Source: Flavobacteriales bacterium
GTDB lineage: Bacteria > Bacteroidota > Bacteroidia > Flavobacteriales > Flavobacteriaceae
DNA: 64,000 nt
Direction: 5' to 3'
Assembly (NCBI GenBank): GCA_004214185.1
Contig: SGZG01000002.1
Location: forward strand, 16,948 to 80,947
Shown here piece by piece: positions 1 to 9,802 of this stretch. A model generated the notes under the pieces. That model ran no database searches and was not told where the DNA came from. It saw only the letters and a program-made list of their open reading frames with translations. A program made the translations under genes and the position numbers. Each line of letters begins with the position of its first letter. The stretch's first letter is position 1.

Positions 1-1
1 A

Positions 2-2047
2 ATGGCATTGCTTCAGTTCATGCAAGCCGGTAAAAAAAAGGTTGCTGTTCCAACAACCGTTCATTGTGATCACTTAATACAGGCATCAGTAGGAGCAAGT
101 AAAGATTTGCAATCTGCTTTAAACAACAGTAATGAAGTTTTTAATTTCTTAGAATCTGTATCAAATAAATATGGAATTGGGTTCTGGAAACCAGGAGCTG
201 GAATTATCCACCAAGTTGTACTTGAGAATTATGCTTTTCCTGGTGGAATGATGATTGGAACTGATTCACATACAGTTAATGCAGGTGGATTAGGTATGGT
301 TGCGATTGGTGTAGGAGGAGCAGATGCTGTTGATGTTATGGCCGGAATGCCATGGGAATTAAAGTTTCCTAAACTAATTGGAGTCAAGTTAACTGGAAAA
401 CTTTCAGGTTGGACGGCTCCAAAGGATGTTATATTAAAAGTTGCAGGAATTTTGACTGTAAAAGGCGGTACTGGTGCTATTATAGAATATTTTGGACCAG
501 GAGCTGAATCAATGTCATGCACTGGAAAAGGGACAATTTGTAATATGGGAGCAGAAGTTGGAGCCACTACATCAACTTTTGGTTATGATGAGTCTATGGA
601 ACGATATTTAAGATCAACTGATAGAAACGATGTTGCTAATGCTGCTAACAAAGTTAAAGATTACCTTACAGCAGATAAAGAAGTTTACGAAAATCCTGAA
701 AAATATTTTGATCAAGTTATTGAAATTAACTTATCAGAACTAATGCCACACGTTAACGGACCATTTTCACCTGATATTGCAACTCCAATAAGTGAAATGA
801 GTAAAAAATCAAAAGAAAATGATTGGCCAATAAAGGTAGAATGGGGACTAATAGGATCATGTACAAATTCATCATATGAGGATCTGTCTAGAGCCGCATC
901 AATAGCACAACAAGCTATTGATAAAAAACTTGAAACTAAAGCTGAGTTTGGAATTAATCCAGGTTCAGAACAAGTTAGATTTACAGCTGAAAGAGATGGG
1001 TTCTTAGAAATCTTTGAAAATCTAAACGCCAAAATATTCACTAACGCATGCGGACCCTGTATTGGCCAATGGGCAAGAGAGGGAGCGGATTTAAAAGAAA
1101 AAAATACAATTGTTCACTCATTTAATCGAAATTTTGCTAAAAGAGCTGACGGTAATCCAAATACTCATGCATTTGTTGCATCACCTGAAATGGTTGCAGC
1201 AATAGCAATTTCAGGTAAATTGGATTTTAACCCAATTACAGATAGCTTAATAAACTCTGATGGTGTGGAAGTTAAATTAGATGAACCGACTGGTTGGGAA
1301 TTACCCCCAAAAGGATTTGAAGTTGAAGACGCAGGCTATTTAGAACCTGTTGAAGATGGTTCAGACATTAATGTTGTTGTAAATGAAAGTTCTGAAAGAT
1401 TACAACTTCTTGAACCTTTCAAACCTTGGGATGGTAAAAATATTACAAATGCTCGCTTACTTATAAAGGCACTTGGAAAATGCACAACTGACCATATTTC
1501 AATGGCTGGTCCTTGGCTTAGATTCAGAGGACACCTAGACAATATTTCAAATAATTGTCTTATTGGAGCTGTTAATGCATTTAATAACAAAACCAACTTT
1601 GTTAAAAACCATACTAATGGAGAATATCAAGGAGTTCCTGATACTCAAAGAGAATATAAAAAAAATGGAATTGATACTGTTGTAGTTGGGGATCATAATT
1701 ATGGTGAGGGTTCCTCAAGAGAGCATGCTGCTATGGAACCTAGACACTTAGGAGTAAAAGTTGTTTTAGTAAAGTCTTTTGCAAGAATTCACGAAACCAA
1801 CTTAAAAAAACAAGGTATGTTGGGTATTACTTTTTCTAATGAATCTGACTATGATTTAATTCAGGAGGATGATTTGTTTAATTTCATTGATTTAGAATCT
1901 TTTAGCCCTGGTAAACAATTAACTATTGAAATAATTCATTCAGACGGATCAAAAGATATAATTAAGGCTGATCATACTTATAATCAACAACAAATTGAAT
2001 GGTATAAAGAAGGTTCTGCTTTGAACTTAATTAAAAAAAGCAATTAA
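2..2047 (+). CDS. acnA: aconitate hydratase, mitochondrial-type (5' end outside window)
   Basis: ORF open at the window edge. Has IGTDSHT, the [11 protein letters not shown] and [10 protein letters not shown] Fe-S ligand motifs, and an [24 protein letters not shown] block typical of aconitases. Confidence 0.95.
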   Translation: MALLQFMQAGKKKVAVPTTVHCDHLIQASVGASKDLQSALNNSNEVFNFLESVSNKYGIGFWKPGAGIIHQVVLENYAFPGGMMIGTDSHTVNAGGLGMVAIGVGGADAVDVMAGMPWELKFPKLIGVKLTGKLSGWTAPKDVILKVAGILTVKGGTGAIIEYFGPGAESMSCTGKGTICNMGAEVGATTSTFGYDESMERYLRSTDRNDVANAANKVKDYLTADKEVYENPEKYFDQVIEINLSELMPHVNGPFSPDIATPISEMSKKSKENDWPIKVEWGLIGSCTNSSYEDLSRAASIAQQAIDKKLETKAEFGINPGSEQVRFTAERDGFLEIFENLNAKIFTNACGPCIGQWAREGADLKEKNTIVHSFNRNFAKRADGNPNTHAFVASPEMVAAIAISGKLDFNPITDSLINSDGVEVKLDEPTGWELPPKGFEVEDAGYLEPVEDGSDINVVVNESSERLQLLEPFKPWDGKNITNARLLIKALGKCTTDHISMAGPWLRFRGHLDNISNNCLIGAVNAFNNKTNFVKNHTNGEYQGVPDTQREYKKNGIDTVVVGDHNYGEGSSREHAAMEPRHLGVKVVLVKSFARIHETNLKKQGMLGITFSNESDYDLIQEDDLFNFIDLESFSPGKQLTIEIIHSDGSKDIIKADHTYNQQQIEWYKEGSALNLIKKSN

Positions 2048-2049
2048 GC

Positions 2050-2367
2050 CTATTCCGGAGCTATTTCGAAAATCATTCCATCAAGTTTTGAGGATATTTG
2101 TATTTGACAACCAAGCCTAGAACTGTCTTTCAAATGAAACGCCTCCGAAAGCATCGCTTGTTCATCCTGAGAGATATTATTTAATAATTGGTTTGAGTTA
2201 ACATAAACGTGGCATGAGGCGCACATAGCCATTCCCCCACAAATCCCTTCTATTGGAAAATCATATGACTTACACGCCTCCATTAAGTTCATATTCATAT
2301 CAGTAGGGACACTTATTTGGTGTGCTTTCTTATCTCTATCAATAATAGTAATATTTATATCTGGCAT
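2050..2367 (-). CDS. 2Fe-2S ferredoxin, adrenodoxin/putidaredoxin type
   Basis: 105 aa. CGGMAMCASCHV (C-x5-C-x2-C) plus a distal Cys in RLGCQ. Its stop lies 2 nt from the convergent aconitase stop. Confidence 0.85.
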   Translation of the reverse strand: MPDINITIIDRDKKAHQISVPTDMNMNLMEACKSYDFPIEGICGGMAMCASCHVYVNSNQLLNNISQDEQAMLSEAFHLKDSSRLGCQIQISSKLDGMIFEIAPE

Positions 2368-2435
2368 TATTTAAATTAGAAATTTAATTGTGAAAAGAAA
2401 ATTATTTTAATGAAGTTTAGTTTTAATCAAAAAGA

Positions 2436-3278
2436 TTAACGATTCCACATATCTTGCTCAAAGTCTAGGATTTCTTTTTTTATCCTTTCAGATTCAAGTA
2501 TAGACTCCAGACCTGGCTTTTTGTAATCCTTAATAGCTCTATCTCCGTAAACATTATCTTCTTTGTATATATATGAACTAAATCTTCTTGAAATTAGTAG
2601 TTGATCAAAGGAGATTCTATTAGCATTGTTTTTATCATTAAAAACCTGCTCTTTATGTAAAATTTCACGAATACTTGGATACCATATCCAAAATAAATCA
2701 GTATCGTTTTTACCATCATCATCTTTTAAGTTTTTACCGACTGGCATAAGTCCAAGAAGTCTATATTTCATTTCTCCTTGTCTTTTATCAAAATACCACA
2801 TACCTTTTATTCTATAAGCAGAAATATCAATTGATTTTAGTTCTTCTGCAGGTGTTTGGATTCCGTTAATCATTTCACTAAAAGACACAACTTCAAGCAC
2901 ATCGTTAAAGGACATCTTATCTTTAAAATTATCATTTCTATCAAAGTACAATTCTGTGATATTTTGATTTAAAATATTTTCTTTTAAAATTCTCCAAAGA
3001 GATTTTCTGTTTTTTTCATAAGTTTCATCATTTACAGGAAACAATAAAGGGAAGTTTAACTTCTCATTTAAATCAATCTTTTCATATACTATTTTAGACC
3101 ATAAAATATCCCTTTCGTCAATATAATCATACTCTAAAAATGAATCATTATCAGTTTGTTTTTGATCATAGTTTTGAATTCCTATTTCAGATGGCAATGA
3201 GGCATTTAAAATATTTGATTGAGCATTGGAGATCAAAAAAATAAAAAAACAAAATTTAAAAAATAATATATTTCTCAT
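2436..3278 (-). CDS. gldN: gliding motility / type IX secretion protein GldN
   Basis: 280 aa with an N-terminal signal peptide. RIKGMWYFDKRQGEMKYRLLGLMP block typical of GldN. ATGA start/stop overlap with gldM. Last gene in the gldK-L-M-N order. Confidence 0.8.
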   Translation of the reverse strand: MRNILFFKFCFFIFLISNAQSNILNASLPSEIGIQNYDQKQTDNDSFLEYDYIDERDILWSKIVYEKIDLNEKLNFPLLFPVNDETYEKNRKSLWRILKENILNQNITELYFDRNDNFKDKMSFNDVLEVVSFSEMINGIQTPAEELKSIDISAYRIKGMWYFDKRQGEMKYRLLGLMPVGKNLKDDDGKNDTDLFWIWYPSIREILHKEQVFNDKNNANRISFDQLLISRRFSSYIYKEDNVYGDRAIKDYKKPGLESILESERIKKEILDFEQDMWNR

Positions 3279-4963
3279 TCAAGTATTACTATAAAATCAT
3301 TTACAATATAGTTAGGATTTACGAAATCACCATCTTTTGCGCTGGCTTTAATATTTGAAATTCTAACTACTGTTCCTCTGCCCTGGCTATTTATATCAGC
3401 AACAGCTTTAGGATTATTTCTTGCAGAATTTCCTTTTACTGTTTTTGATGGGGAGTTACCAACTTTAATATCAAATGAAGTTACCTCAATAACAAAATCG
3501 TACAAAAAGTCTGCAGGCTTATTACCGGTTATCATTCCGTTAGCTAAATATCTTTTTGGAATATTTTCTGTTGGCTTAAAATAATTATCATTTACTTTAA
3601 TTGAACCAATACCAGGTGGTGGTTCAAGAATTCTGAATTCTCCACCGTCAAATATTTTTCTTTCTCCGTTTAAAATACCGGAAACACTCACCTTCATTGT
3701 TTTCTTTGAAAAATCACTTGTCGGAACTGCACCCCATCCGCCAGTTCTCAACCTTATAAATTCACCATTATTACTTGTAGGTCTTATAGAACTTTCTGCT
3801 ACACCAGGAATTGAGATTGAAGATGGGTTTCTCAATCCTCTATAAAATACTTTCATATTATCAGCAGAAACAACTGCAGAATTTGGTTCTTTAATGACAA
3901 CAATACTTTGGTTAACTGGAATTGAAACTAGTTCTTGCGTGTCAGCATTTCTTTTAGTAATAGTTCCGGTTAATTCATAAGATCCTGGAGAAGAAAATCT
4001 TGTATTTAAAACAACCTTTCCACTTTGGATCTTAAACTCAGAGGGTCTTAGCGCTCTTCCATTAATAAATAATTCAACTTTATCCGGTTTAAACCCTTCA
4101 TCTTTTTTACCCATAACAACTGCAGCATCAATCATATCAGTTGTGTAATAAACTGGCTTTGTAGTTTCGAGTAAAGTTTGGAAAGTATTAAAATTCAAAC
4201 CCTTGTTTTGAACAGCATCTAAAATATTCGATAAAATCTTGTTTTCAATGTATCTTATATCAGATTGAATCTTTGTCAATTTGGAAATAGATGCAATCAT
4301 TGGAAAACCTTGAAAATTATAATTTAAAAATGGAGATTCTGTTCCCTCACTTGTTACTACTTTTTCTGAATATTTAAACCTGTTATTAATATCGTCTTTT
4401 ATTGAACTAAAATCATAATTAATTTTAGTTTCCTTTTCAGATTCATCTTCTTTTTGAACTATTTGAGATAATGTTTCTTTTACAGAAAATGGATAATTAA
4501 TAAACTTGTCAAGAAATAACTGTCCATTTTCAGTATATGTATCTCCAACGAAAAAATACTCATCCAAAGTTTGAGATTTATCCATAATTTGATAATCCAT
4601 CATTGTTATAATAGAGTCTCTGTTCGATTTGACTGAAACTTCTTTCAAAAACCGATTTTTATCAGAACTAATTAATGAATCTTTTACAGATTTAATAAAA
4701 TTAAATAAATCATCAGAAACTAATTTGATATCCCCAACCATTTCAGCAGCAATTTTGTAATCTAGCTTATCCGAGTTTGAGTTTATTTGATCATAACTAA
4801 TTTTTGAAGAAGATTCCAACTCAGTTATCGAAGATTCCAAGTCATCATTTAGGATTCCAAGAGTTGCTAGTACCTCCTTACTAATATTTAAGGCAAGCAT
4901 TGCAATAAACACGAGATACATCATGTTTATCATTTTTTGTCTAGTATCTGTTTTTCCTGCCAT
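3275..4963 (-). CDS. gldM: gliding motility / type IX secretion protein GldM (PorM)
   Basis: N-terminus MAGKTDTRQKMINMMYLVFIAMLALNISKEVL, a single TM anchor, matches the conserved GldM N-terminus. Long periplasmic remainder. Sits between gldL and gldN. Confidence 0.85.
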   Translation of the reverse strand: MAGKTDTRQKMINMMYLVFIAMLALNISKEVLATLGILNDDLESSITELESSSKISYDQINSNSDKLDYKIAAEMVGDIKLVSDDLFNFIKSVKDSLISSDKNRFLKEVSVKSNRDSIITMMDYQIMDKSQTLDEYFFVGDTYTENGQLFLDKFINYPFSVKETLSQIVQKEDESEKETKINYDFSSIKDDINNRFKYSEKVVTSEGTESPFLNYNFQGFPMIASISKLTKIQSDIRYIENKILSNILDAVQNKGLNFNTFQTLLETTKPVYYTTDMIDAAVVMGKKDEGFKPDKVELFINGRALRPSEFKIQSGKVVLNTRFSSPGSYELTGTITKRNADTQELVSIPVNQSIVVIKEPNSAVVSADNMKVFYRGLRNPSSISIPGVAESSIRPTSNNGEFIRLRTGGWGAVPTSDFSKKTMKVSVSGILNGERKIFDGGEFRILEPPPGIGSIKVNDNYFKPTENIPKRYLANGMITGNKPADFLYDFVIEVTSFDIKVGNSPSKTVKGNSARNNPKAVADINSQGRGTVVRISNIKASAKDGDFVNPNYIVNDFIVILE

Positions 4964-4964
4964 A

Positions 4965-5555
4965 TTACTTATTCATTCCCTCAAGCATAGAAGAGTACTT
5001 AGCATTTAGCTCATTAATTGTTGATTTCATTTTGTTAAGTTCCTCACCAAGTCCATCTGGAATATTCATGGAAGAAGTAGACGAATTAACTTCGGAGAGT
5101 GTTTTATGTAAAGAATCATACAATTCATTAATGTTTGTAAGTTTAGATGCGGCAGAGGAAAGATTATCGTTATAACTGTTTAAATTTTCGTTAATGTCTT
5201 TAGGAACATTAAATGATTCGGTTGCAGCTGTAGCTGCACTTAAATTCTTATTTAAGGAGCTTAAACCACTGACTGTTTGATCAACTGCTTGTTGAAGCGA
5301 TTGAGTTTCTGCTTCAATTGTTTGAAGACCTTTATCTTCAACTGATGAGTCACCTGTCATAAATCCTTGAATACCGGAGATAGAAAAAATGATAGCCTCT
5401 GTTATAAGACCCACACTTAACCAAGTATTTCCGCTAAAAATAAAGTCACTGTGAGTTATTTTTAGTAAGGCTCCAATAATAACAATTGAAGCTCCAACTC
5501 CAAACATTAGTTCAATAACATTATCAGGTAAAAATTTTTTTCTTGTATTTGCCAT
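4965..5555 (-). CDS. gldL: gliding motility / type IX secretion protein GldL (PorL)
   Basis: 196 aa. Two N-terminal TM helices (FGVGASIVIIGALLKITH, then TWLSVGLITEAIIFSISG) followed by a Ser/Asn/Leu-rich cytoplasmic tail. 1-nt spacer to gldM. Confidence 0.85.
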   Translation of the reverse strand: MANTRKKFLPDNVIELMFGVGASIVIIGALLKITHSDFIFSGNTWLSVGLITEAIIFSISGIQGFMTGDSSVEDKGLQTIEAETQSLQQAVDQTVSGLSSLNKNLSAATAATESFNVPKDINENLNSYNDNLSSAASKLTNINELYDSLHKTLSEVNSSTSSMNIPDGLGEELNKMKSTINELNAKYSSMLEGMNK

Positions 5556-5567
5556 ATTTATTTTAAT

Positions 5568-7010
5568 TTAAAATATTTTATTTTGATTTCTTTCATCACC
5601 TCCATCTTCCCCTAAATAATCTTGTACAGTTCTAAAACCGATGTAAGATCTCTTCTCATCTTTATACTCATAGTCACGTGTACTCACTCTCATAAAATAT
5701 GAAACGTCTTTCCATGATCCTCCGCGTATTACTTTTCGAAGGTTAGTTGAATCTGAAATATTAGGATTTAATCCTGAATCAAAATTATATGATCCTTTAT
5801 CATATGATGATTCAGTCCACTCAGAAACATTACCAGCCATATTATACAAACCATAATCGTTAGGCCAATAAGACTTTGCTTCAACGGTATATAGTGCATT
5901 GTCAGCTGCATAATCACCCCTATTTGGTTTGAAATTTGCAAGAAAACAACCCTCAGCATCTGTAGTATAAGGACCACCCCAAGGATATGTACCAGATTCA
6001 ATTCCTCCACGAGCAGCATACTCCCACTCTGCCTCACTTGGAAGCCTGTAAGATGCCACTCTTTGAGTGTTTTTTGAATTTGATTTAATGTATCTGTTCT
6101 TATACATTGTTCTCCAATGTGCAAAAGCTTTTGCTTGTTCCCATGAAACACCTACCACAGGGTAATCTGAGTAAGCATCATGCCAGAAATAATCATTATG
6201 CATTGGTTCATTGTAACTATATGAAAAATCCCTAATCCAAGCAGTAGTATCAGGGTATATTTCAATAGATTTTTCTTTAAAAAAATCTCTTCTTGACTCA
6301 CTGTTAGATTTGATCGCTGCCTCAGCATCAAATGTAGTGTAGTTGTAAATTATTTTTTTTGTATCAAAAATTCTTTCTGAATTGTATGATTCCTCTTTGG
6401 GTAAATAAAAACCAGTTCCTTCAATCACACCTTCCATAACTTCTGCATATGCCAAATCAGGATAATCTTCTCTTTCCCAAATAATGTCAATATCAAAATT
6501 TAAATTGTAGGTTTTTTTATCATAAGGGTTAATACCAAAAGAATTTTGTTCTCTGTAAAGTTCGTAACCACTTTTCTCATCATCACTAACATCACTAATT
6601 GGATCGTAAATTGGGAAAAACGCATTTATACTTTTGTCTTCATCAAGCTCTTCTTGAGTTGGAGATTCACCTATTTCTTCCATAGCCCTAACAGCCAAAG
6701 CCTGCCTAACAATAGAATCTTTAACCCAATTAACAAATTGTCTGTACTCACCATTGGTAATTTCAGTTTCATCCATATAAAATGCTTTAACTGAAACTGT
6801 ACTTATAGGAGCATTTTGTAAACCAACTATATCCTCGTCAGACATTCCCATTAAAAAAGATCCACTAGGAATTAAAACCATCCCAGAGGGTTTATCAGGA
6901 AAAAATTTCTTTCCTTTAACACCAACTAATTCACCTCGATCAGAGCTGGAACATCCAAAAAAAATAAAAAGTATGATAATAGATAAGTTTTTTTTCATGC
7001 TCAATTTCAT
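5568..7010 (-). CDS. gldK: gliding motility / type IX secretion lipoprotein GldK (PorK), FGE-sulfatase fold
   Basis: Lipobox FFGCSS. SUMF1/FGE-type motifs RLPSEAEWEYAARGG, NMAGNVSEWT and RGGSW. First gene of the gldKLMN order. Confidence 0.9.
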   Translation of the reverse strand: MKLSMKKNLSIIILFIFFGCSSSDRGELVGVKGKKFFPDKPSGMVLIPSGSFLMGMSDEDIVGLQNAPISTVSVKAFYMDETEITNGEYRQFVNWVKDSIVRQALAVRAMEEIGESPTQEELDEDKSINAFFPIYDPISDVSDDEKSGYELYREQNSFGINPYDKKTYNLNFDIDIIWEREDYPDLAYAEVMEGVIEGTGFYLPKEESYNSERIFDTKKIIYNYTTFDAEAAIKSNSESRRDFFKEKSIEIYPDTTAWIRDFSYSYNEPMHNDYFWHDAYSDYPVVGVSWEQAKAFAHWRTMYKNRYIKSNSKNTQRVASYRLPSEAEWEYAARGGIESGTYPWGGPYTTDAEGCFLANFKPNRGDYAADNALYTVEAKSYWPNDYGLYNMAGNVSEWTESSYDKGSYNFDSGLNPNISDSTNLRKVIRGGSWKDVSYFMRVSTRDYEYKDEKRSYIGFRTVQDYLGEDGGDERNQNKIF

Positions 7011-7029
7011 TATAAGTTGATAAATTTAA

Positions 7030-7037
7030 CAATATTA
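7030..7037 (-). promoter_or_regulatory. candidate Bacteroidetes -7 box (TAATATTG, 7/8 match to TAnnTTTG) for gldKLMN
   Basis: Minus-strand TAATATTG lies 19 nt upstream of the gldK ATG. Only an approximate match, and no clear -33 TTTG. Confidence 0.3.
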
Positions 7038-7116
7038 TTTTAACAAGTTCCAAAATTCGTACCAATTTAAATGGAATATATTGAAAGGGATTTGTCTAAT
7101 ATTTTTTTATTCAATT

Positions 7117-7158
7117 ATAAAACTAGTGAGGATCATTATTTAAAGACATAAAACTAGT
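7117..7158. repeat. 11-nt direct repeat ATAAAACTAGT x2 (7117-7127 and 7148-7158) in the topA-gldK spacer
   Basis: Exact 11-mer seen twice with starts 31 nt apart. Each copy contains the palindrome ACTAGT. Confidence 0.5.
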
Positions 7159-7195
7159 TAGTTAATGCAGTTAAAATAATCTCTGCTAGTAACAA

Positions 7196-9658
7196 CTATT
7201 TAGTTTTTTTTGTCTTTTTTTTTGAAAAATAAACTAATACATCTTCAAGAGTTAATTTTTCGACGTTTGTATCTTTTGGTAGTTCAATTTTAGATTTACC
7301 CTTAATTAAATTAAATCTTCCCCATCTTGCTTTTTCAAGTCTAATTCCTTCTTTGTCCCAAGACTTAATTAACTTTTCAGCTTCTTTTTTCTTTTTTAAT
7401 TCTATTAGTTCTTCACAATCTTTTTGAGATAAATTTTCAAAATCATAAGATTTATTTACGTTTATGAATAGTCCATTCCATTTTATGAATGGTCCAAACC
7501 TTCCTTTACCCTTACTGACATCATAACCTTCATAGCTTGCTATTGGAGCATCAATTTTTCTTTTTTCTTCAATCAATAAAATTGCCTGTTCAAGAGAAAT
7601 TTCCAAAGGACTTACTCCTTTAGGAAGAGAAACATATTTATTATCATGTTTAATGTATGGTCCAAACCTTCCCGCGTTGGACTCAACTCTAGAATTTTCA
7701 AAATCTCCTAGATAAAAAGGCAACTTAAATAACTCTAAAGTTTCTTCTAAAGTAATTTGGTTAATTTTTTGATCAGGAAGTAATCCTGCAAAAATGGGTT
7801 TTTCATCCTCATCTACTGAACCAATTTGAGCCATAGGTCCAAATTTACCTAGTCTGACACTAACTTTCCTTCCACTTTTCGGGTCAATTCCTAAATATCT
7901 TTCACCAGTCTCTCTTGTGGCATTTTCTTTAACGTCTATAACAGTTTCATGAAAAGGTCTATAAAATTCATTTAATATGTTAGTCCATTGAACATCGCCA
8001 TTAGCAATTTTATCAAAGTCTTGCTCTACACTAGCAGTAAAATTATAGTTCAATATGTTTTTAAAATTATTTACCAAAAACTCTGTTACAATTATTCCAA
8101 CCTCTGTAGGAACTAGCTTTCCTTTATCTGAACCGGTTGTTTCTGATAATATTTTTAATTCAATGTTTTTATTATCAGATGATAGCTGACGATATTTCCT
8201 TTCAACTCCTTCATTGCTACCTTTAACAACATACTTTCTATTTTGAATTGTTGTAATTGTTGGAGCATAAGTCGAGGGTCTTCCAATTCCTAATTCTTCC
8301 ATTTTCTTTACAAGAGTAGCCTCTGAATATCTGTATGGTGCTCGAGTAAATTTTTCAGTTGCAATTATTGATTTATTATAAACATTATCTCCAGTCGAAA
8401 CATTGGGTAATAAACCTTCAGATTTATCATTATCATTATCATCAGTTCCTTCAATGTAAACTTTTAAAAAACCATCAAATTTTATTATTTCACCTTTGCA
8501 TGTGAACAGATTGTCAAATTTGTCAGAGGCAATTTTGAGAATGGTTCTTTCTAAATTTGCCTCACTCATCTGAGACGAAATTGTTCTAGACCAAATCAGA
8601 TTATACAATCTAACCTGATCATTTTCCATATTTACAGTTTTATTTTCAAAATTAGTTGGTCTAATGGCCTCATGAGCTTCTTGTGCACCCTTGTTGGTAT
8701 TAGTATATTTTTTTCTTTTATGATAATTGTCTCCATAGATTTTTGATATAACTTTGCCAGCAGAATTAAGTGCATCATCTGAGAGATTGACACTATCAGT
8801 TCTCATGTAAGTTATGTTTCCGGATTCGTACAACCTTTGAGCAGCAGACATTGTTCTACTTACAGTAAAACCTAATTTTCTTGATGCTTCTTGCTGAAGT
8901 GTTGATGTTGTAAAAGGAGCTGAGGGAGATCTTTTAAATGGTTTTTTTTCTACTGAGTCTATAGAGAAATTTGATAGTAAACTTTTTTCTAAAATTTCTT
9001 TTGCCGCTTCTTCATTGTCAAAAACCCCATTTAATTGAGCATTTAATTTATTGCTTTCTTTGTCTAAGAAAGTTGCAGAAATTTTAAATGATGATTTTGG
9101 GGTAAAATTGATTATTTCATTTTCTTTATCAACAAGTAATCTGACAGCCACAGACTGAACTCTTCCTGCAGATAAACCACCTTTCACCTTTCTCCACAAA
9201 ATTGGAGATATTTCAAATCCTACTAATCTATCTATAATTCTTCTAGCCTGTTGAGCGTTTACTAAATCGTAATTTATTTCTCTAGGATTTTGAATTGCAT
9301 TTACAATTGCTTTTTTTGTTATTTCTCTAAAAACAATTCTTTTTGTTTTTGTTTTATCTAATTTTAAAGCTTCATATAAATGCCAGGCAATTGCCTCACC
9401 TTCTCTATCCTCGTCACTAGCTAGCCAAACTGTCTCAGCTAAGGAAGCTTGTTTTTTAAGTTGTTTTACAACATCTTTCTTGTCAGCTGATATAATATAT
9501 TTTGGTTTGAAATCATTTTCAAAATCGATACCAATCTCTTTTTTTGGTAAATCAGAAATGTGCCCATAACTTGAGGAAACTTTAAATTCCGAACCTAAAT
9601 ATTTTTCAATAGTTTTAGCTTTTGCAGGTGATTCAACTATTACTAGATTTTTTGGCAT
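7196..9658 (-). CDS. topA: DNA topoisomerase I
   Basis: 820 aa. TOPRIM start LVIVESPAKAKTIEKYLG, catalytic Tyr region GNITYMRTDS, and C-terminal repeated GKFGPM/GRFGPY/GRFGPF motifs. Confidence 0.95.
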   Translation of the reverse strand: MPKNLVIVESPAKAKTIEKYLGSEFKVSSSYGHISDLPKKEIGIDFENDFKPKYIISADKKDVVKQLKKQASLAETVWLASDEDREGEAIAWHLYEALKLDKTKTKRIVFREITKKAIVNAIQNPREINYDLVNAQQARRIIDRLVGFEISPILWRKVKGGLSAGRVQSVAVRLLVDKENEIINFTPKSSFKISATFLDKESNKLNAQLNGVFDNEEAAKEILEKSLLSNFSIDSVEKKPFKRSPSAPFTTSTLQQEASRKLGFTVSRTMSAAQRLYESGNITYMRTDSVNLSDDALNSAGKVISKIYGDNYHKRKKYTNTNKGAQEAHEAIRPTNFENKTVNMENDQVRLYNLIWSRTISSQMSEANLERTILKIASDKFDNLFTCKGEIIKFDGFLKVYIEGTDDNDNDKSEGLLPNVSTGDNVYNKSIIATEKFTRAPYRYSEATLVKKMEELGIGRPSTYAPTITTIQNRKYVVKGSNEGVERKYRQLSSDNKNIELKILSETTGSDKGKLVPTEVGIIVTEFLVNNFKNILNYNFTASVEQDFDKIANGDVQWTNILNEFYRPFHETVIDVKENATRETGERYLGIDPKSGRKVSVRLGKFGPMAQIGSVDEDEKPIFAGLLPDQKINQITLEETLELFKLPFYLGDFENSRVESNAGRFGPYIKHDNKYVSLPKGVSPLEISLEQAILLIEEKRKIDAPIASYEGYDVSKGKGRFGPFIKWNGLFINVNKSYDFENLSQKDCEELIELKKKKEAEKLIKSWDKEGIRLEKARWGRFNLIKGKSKIELPKDTNVEKLTLEDVLVYFSKKKTKKTK

Positions 9659-9679
9659 TAATAAGATTTTTAAAGTTCA

Positions 9680-9687
9680 CAAAAGTA
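9680..9687 (-). promoter_or_regulatory. candidate -7 box TACTTTTG for topA
   Basis: Perfect TAnnTTTG on the minus strand, 21 nt upstream of the topA ATG. An A11 tract lies immediately upstream. Confidence 0.45.
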
Positions 9688-9772
9688 TATTTTTTTTTTT
9701 ACAACATTTTTTTTTTGATGTTTTTAACAAAATTAGTAATCATTATTTTACTGCCATATTGTCATATATTAC

Positions 9773-9780
9773 TATATTTG
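9773..9780 (+). promoter_or_regulatory. candidate -7 box TATATTTG for the miaB operon
   Basis: Perfect TAnnTTTG 22 nt upstream of GTG 9803. The 12-mer TATATTTGCTCT is identical to the one upstream of tRNA-Phe. Confidence 0.5.
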
Positions 9781-9802
9781 CTCTAAATAAAGCAAAGAAA
9801 AA

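Noticed and set aside
5768-6151. Internal and alternative-frame ORFs inside gldK (5768-6151, 6546-6794) and inside other long genes (for example 229-567, 712-1041, 10162-10419, 17570-17812, 33048-33230, 47987-48208)
   Set aside because: Each lies wholly within a confidently identified gene in another frame or on the other strand. The translations are low-complexity and have no family resemblance.
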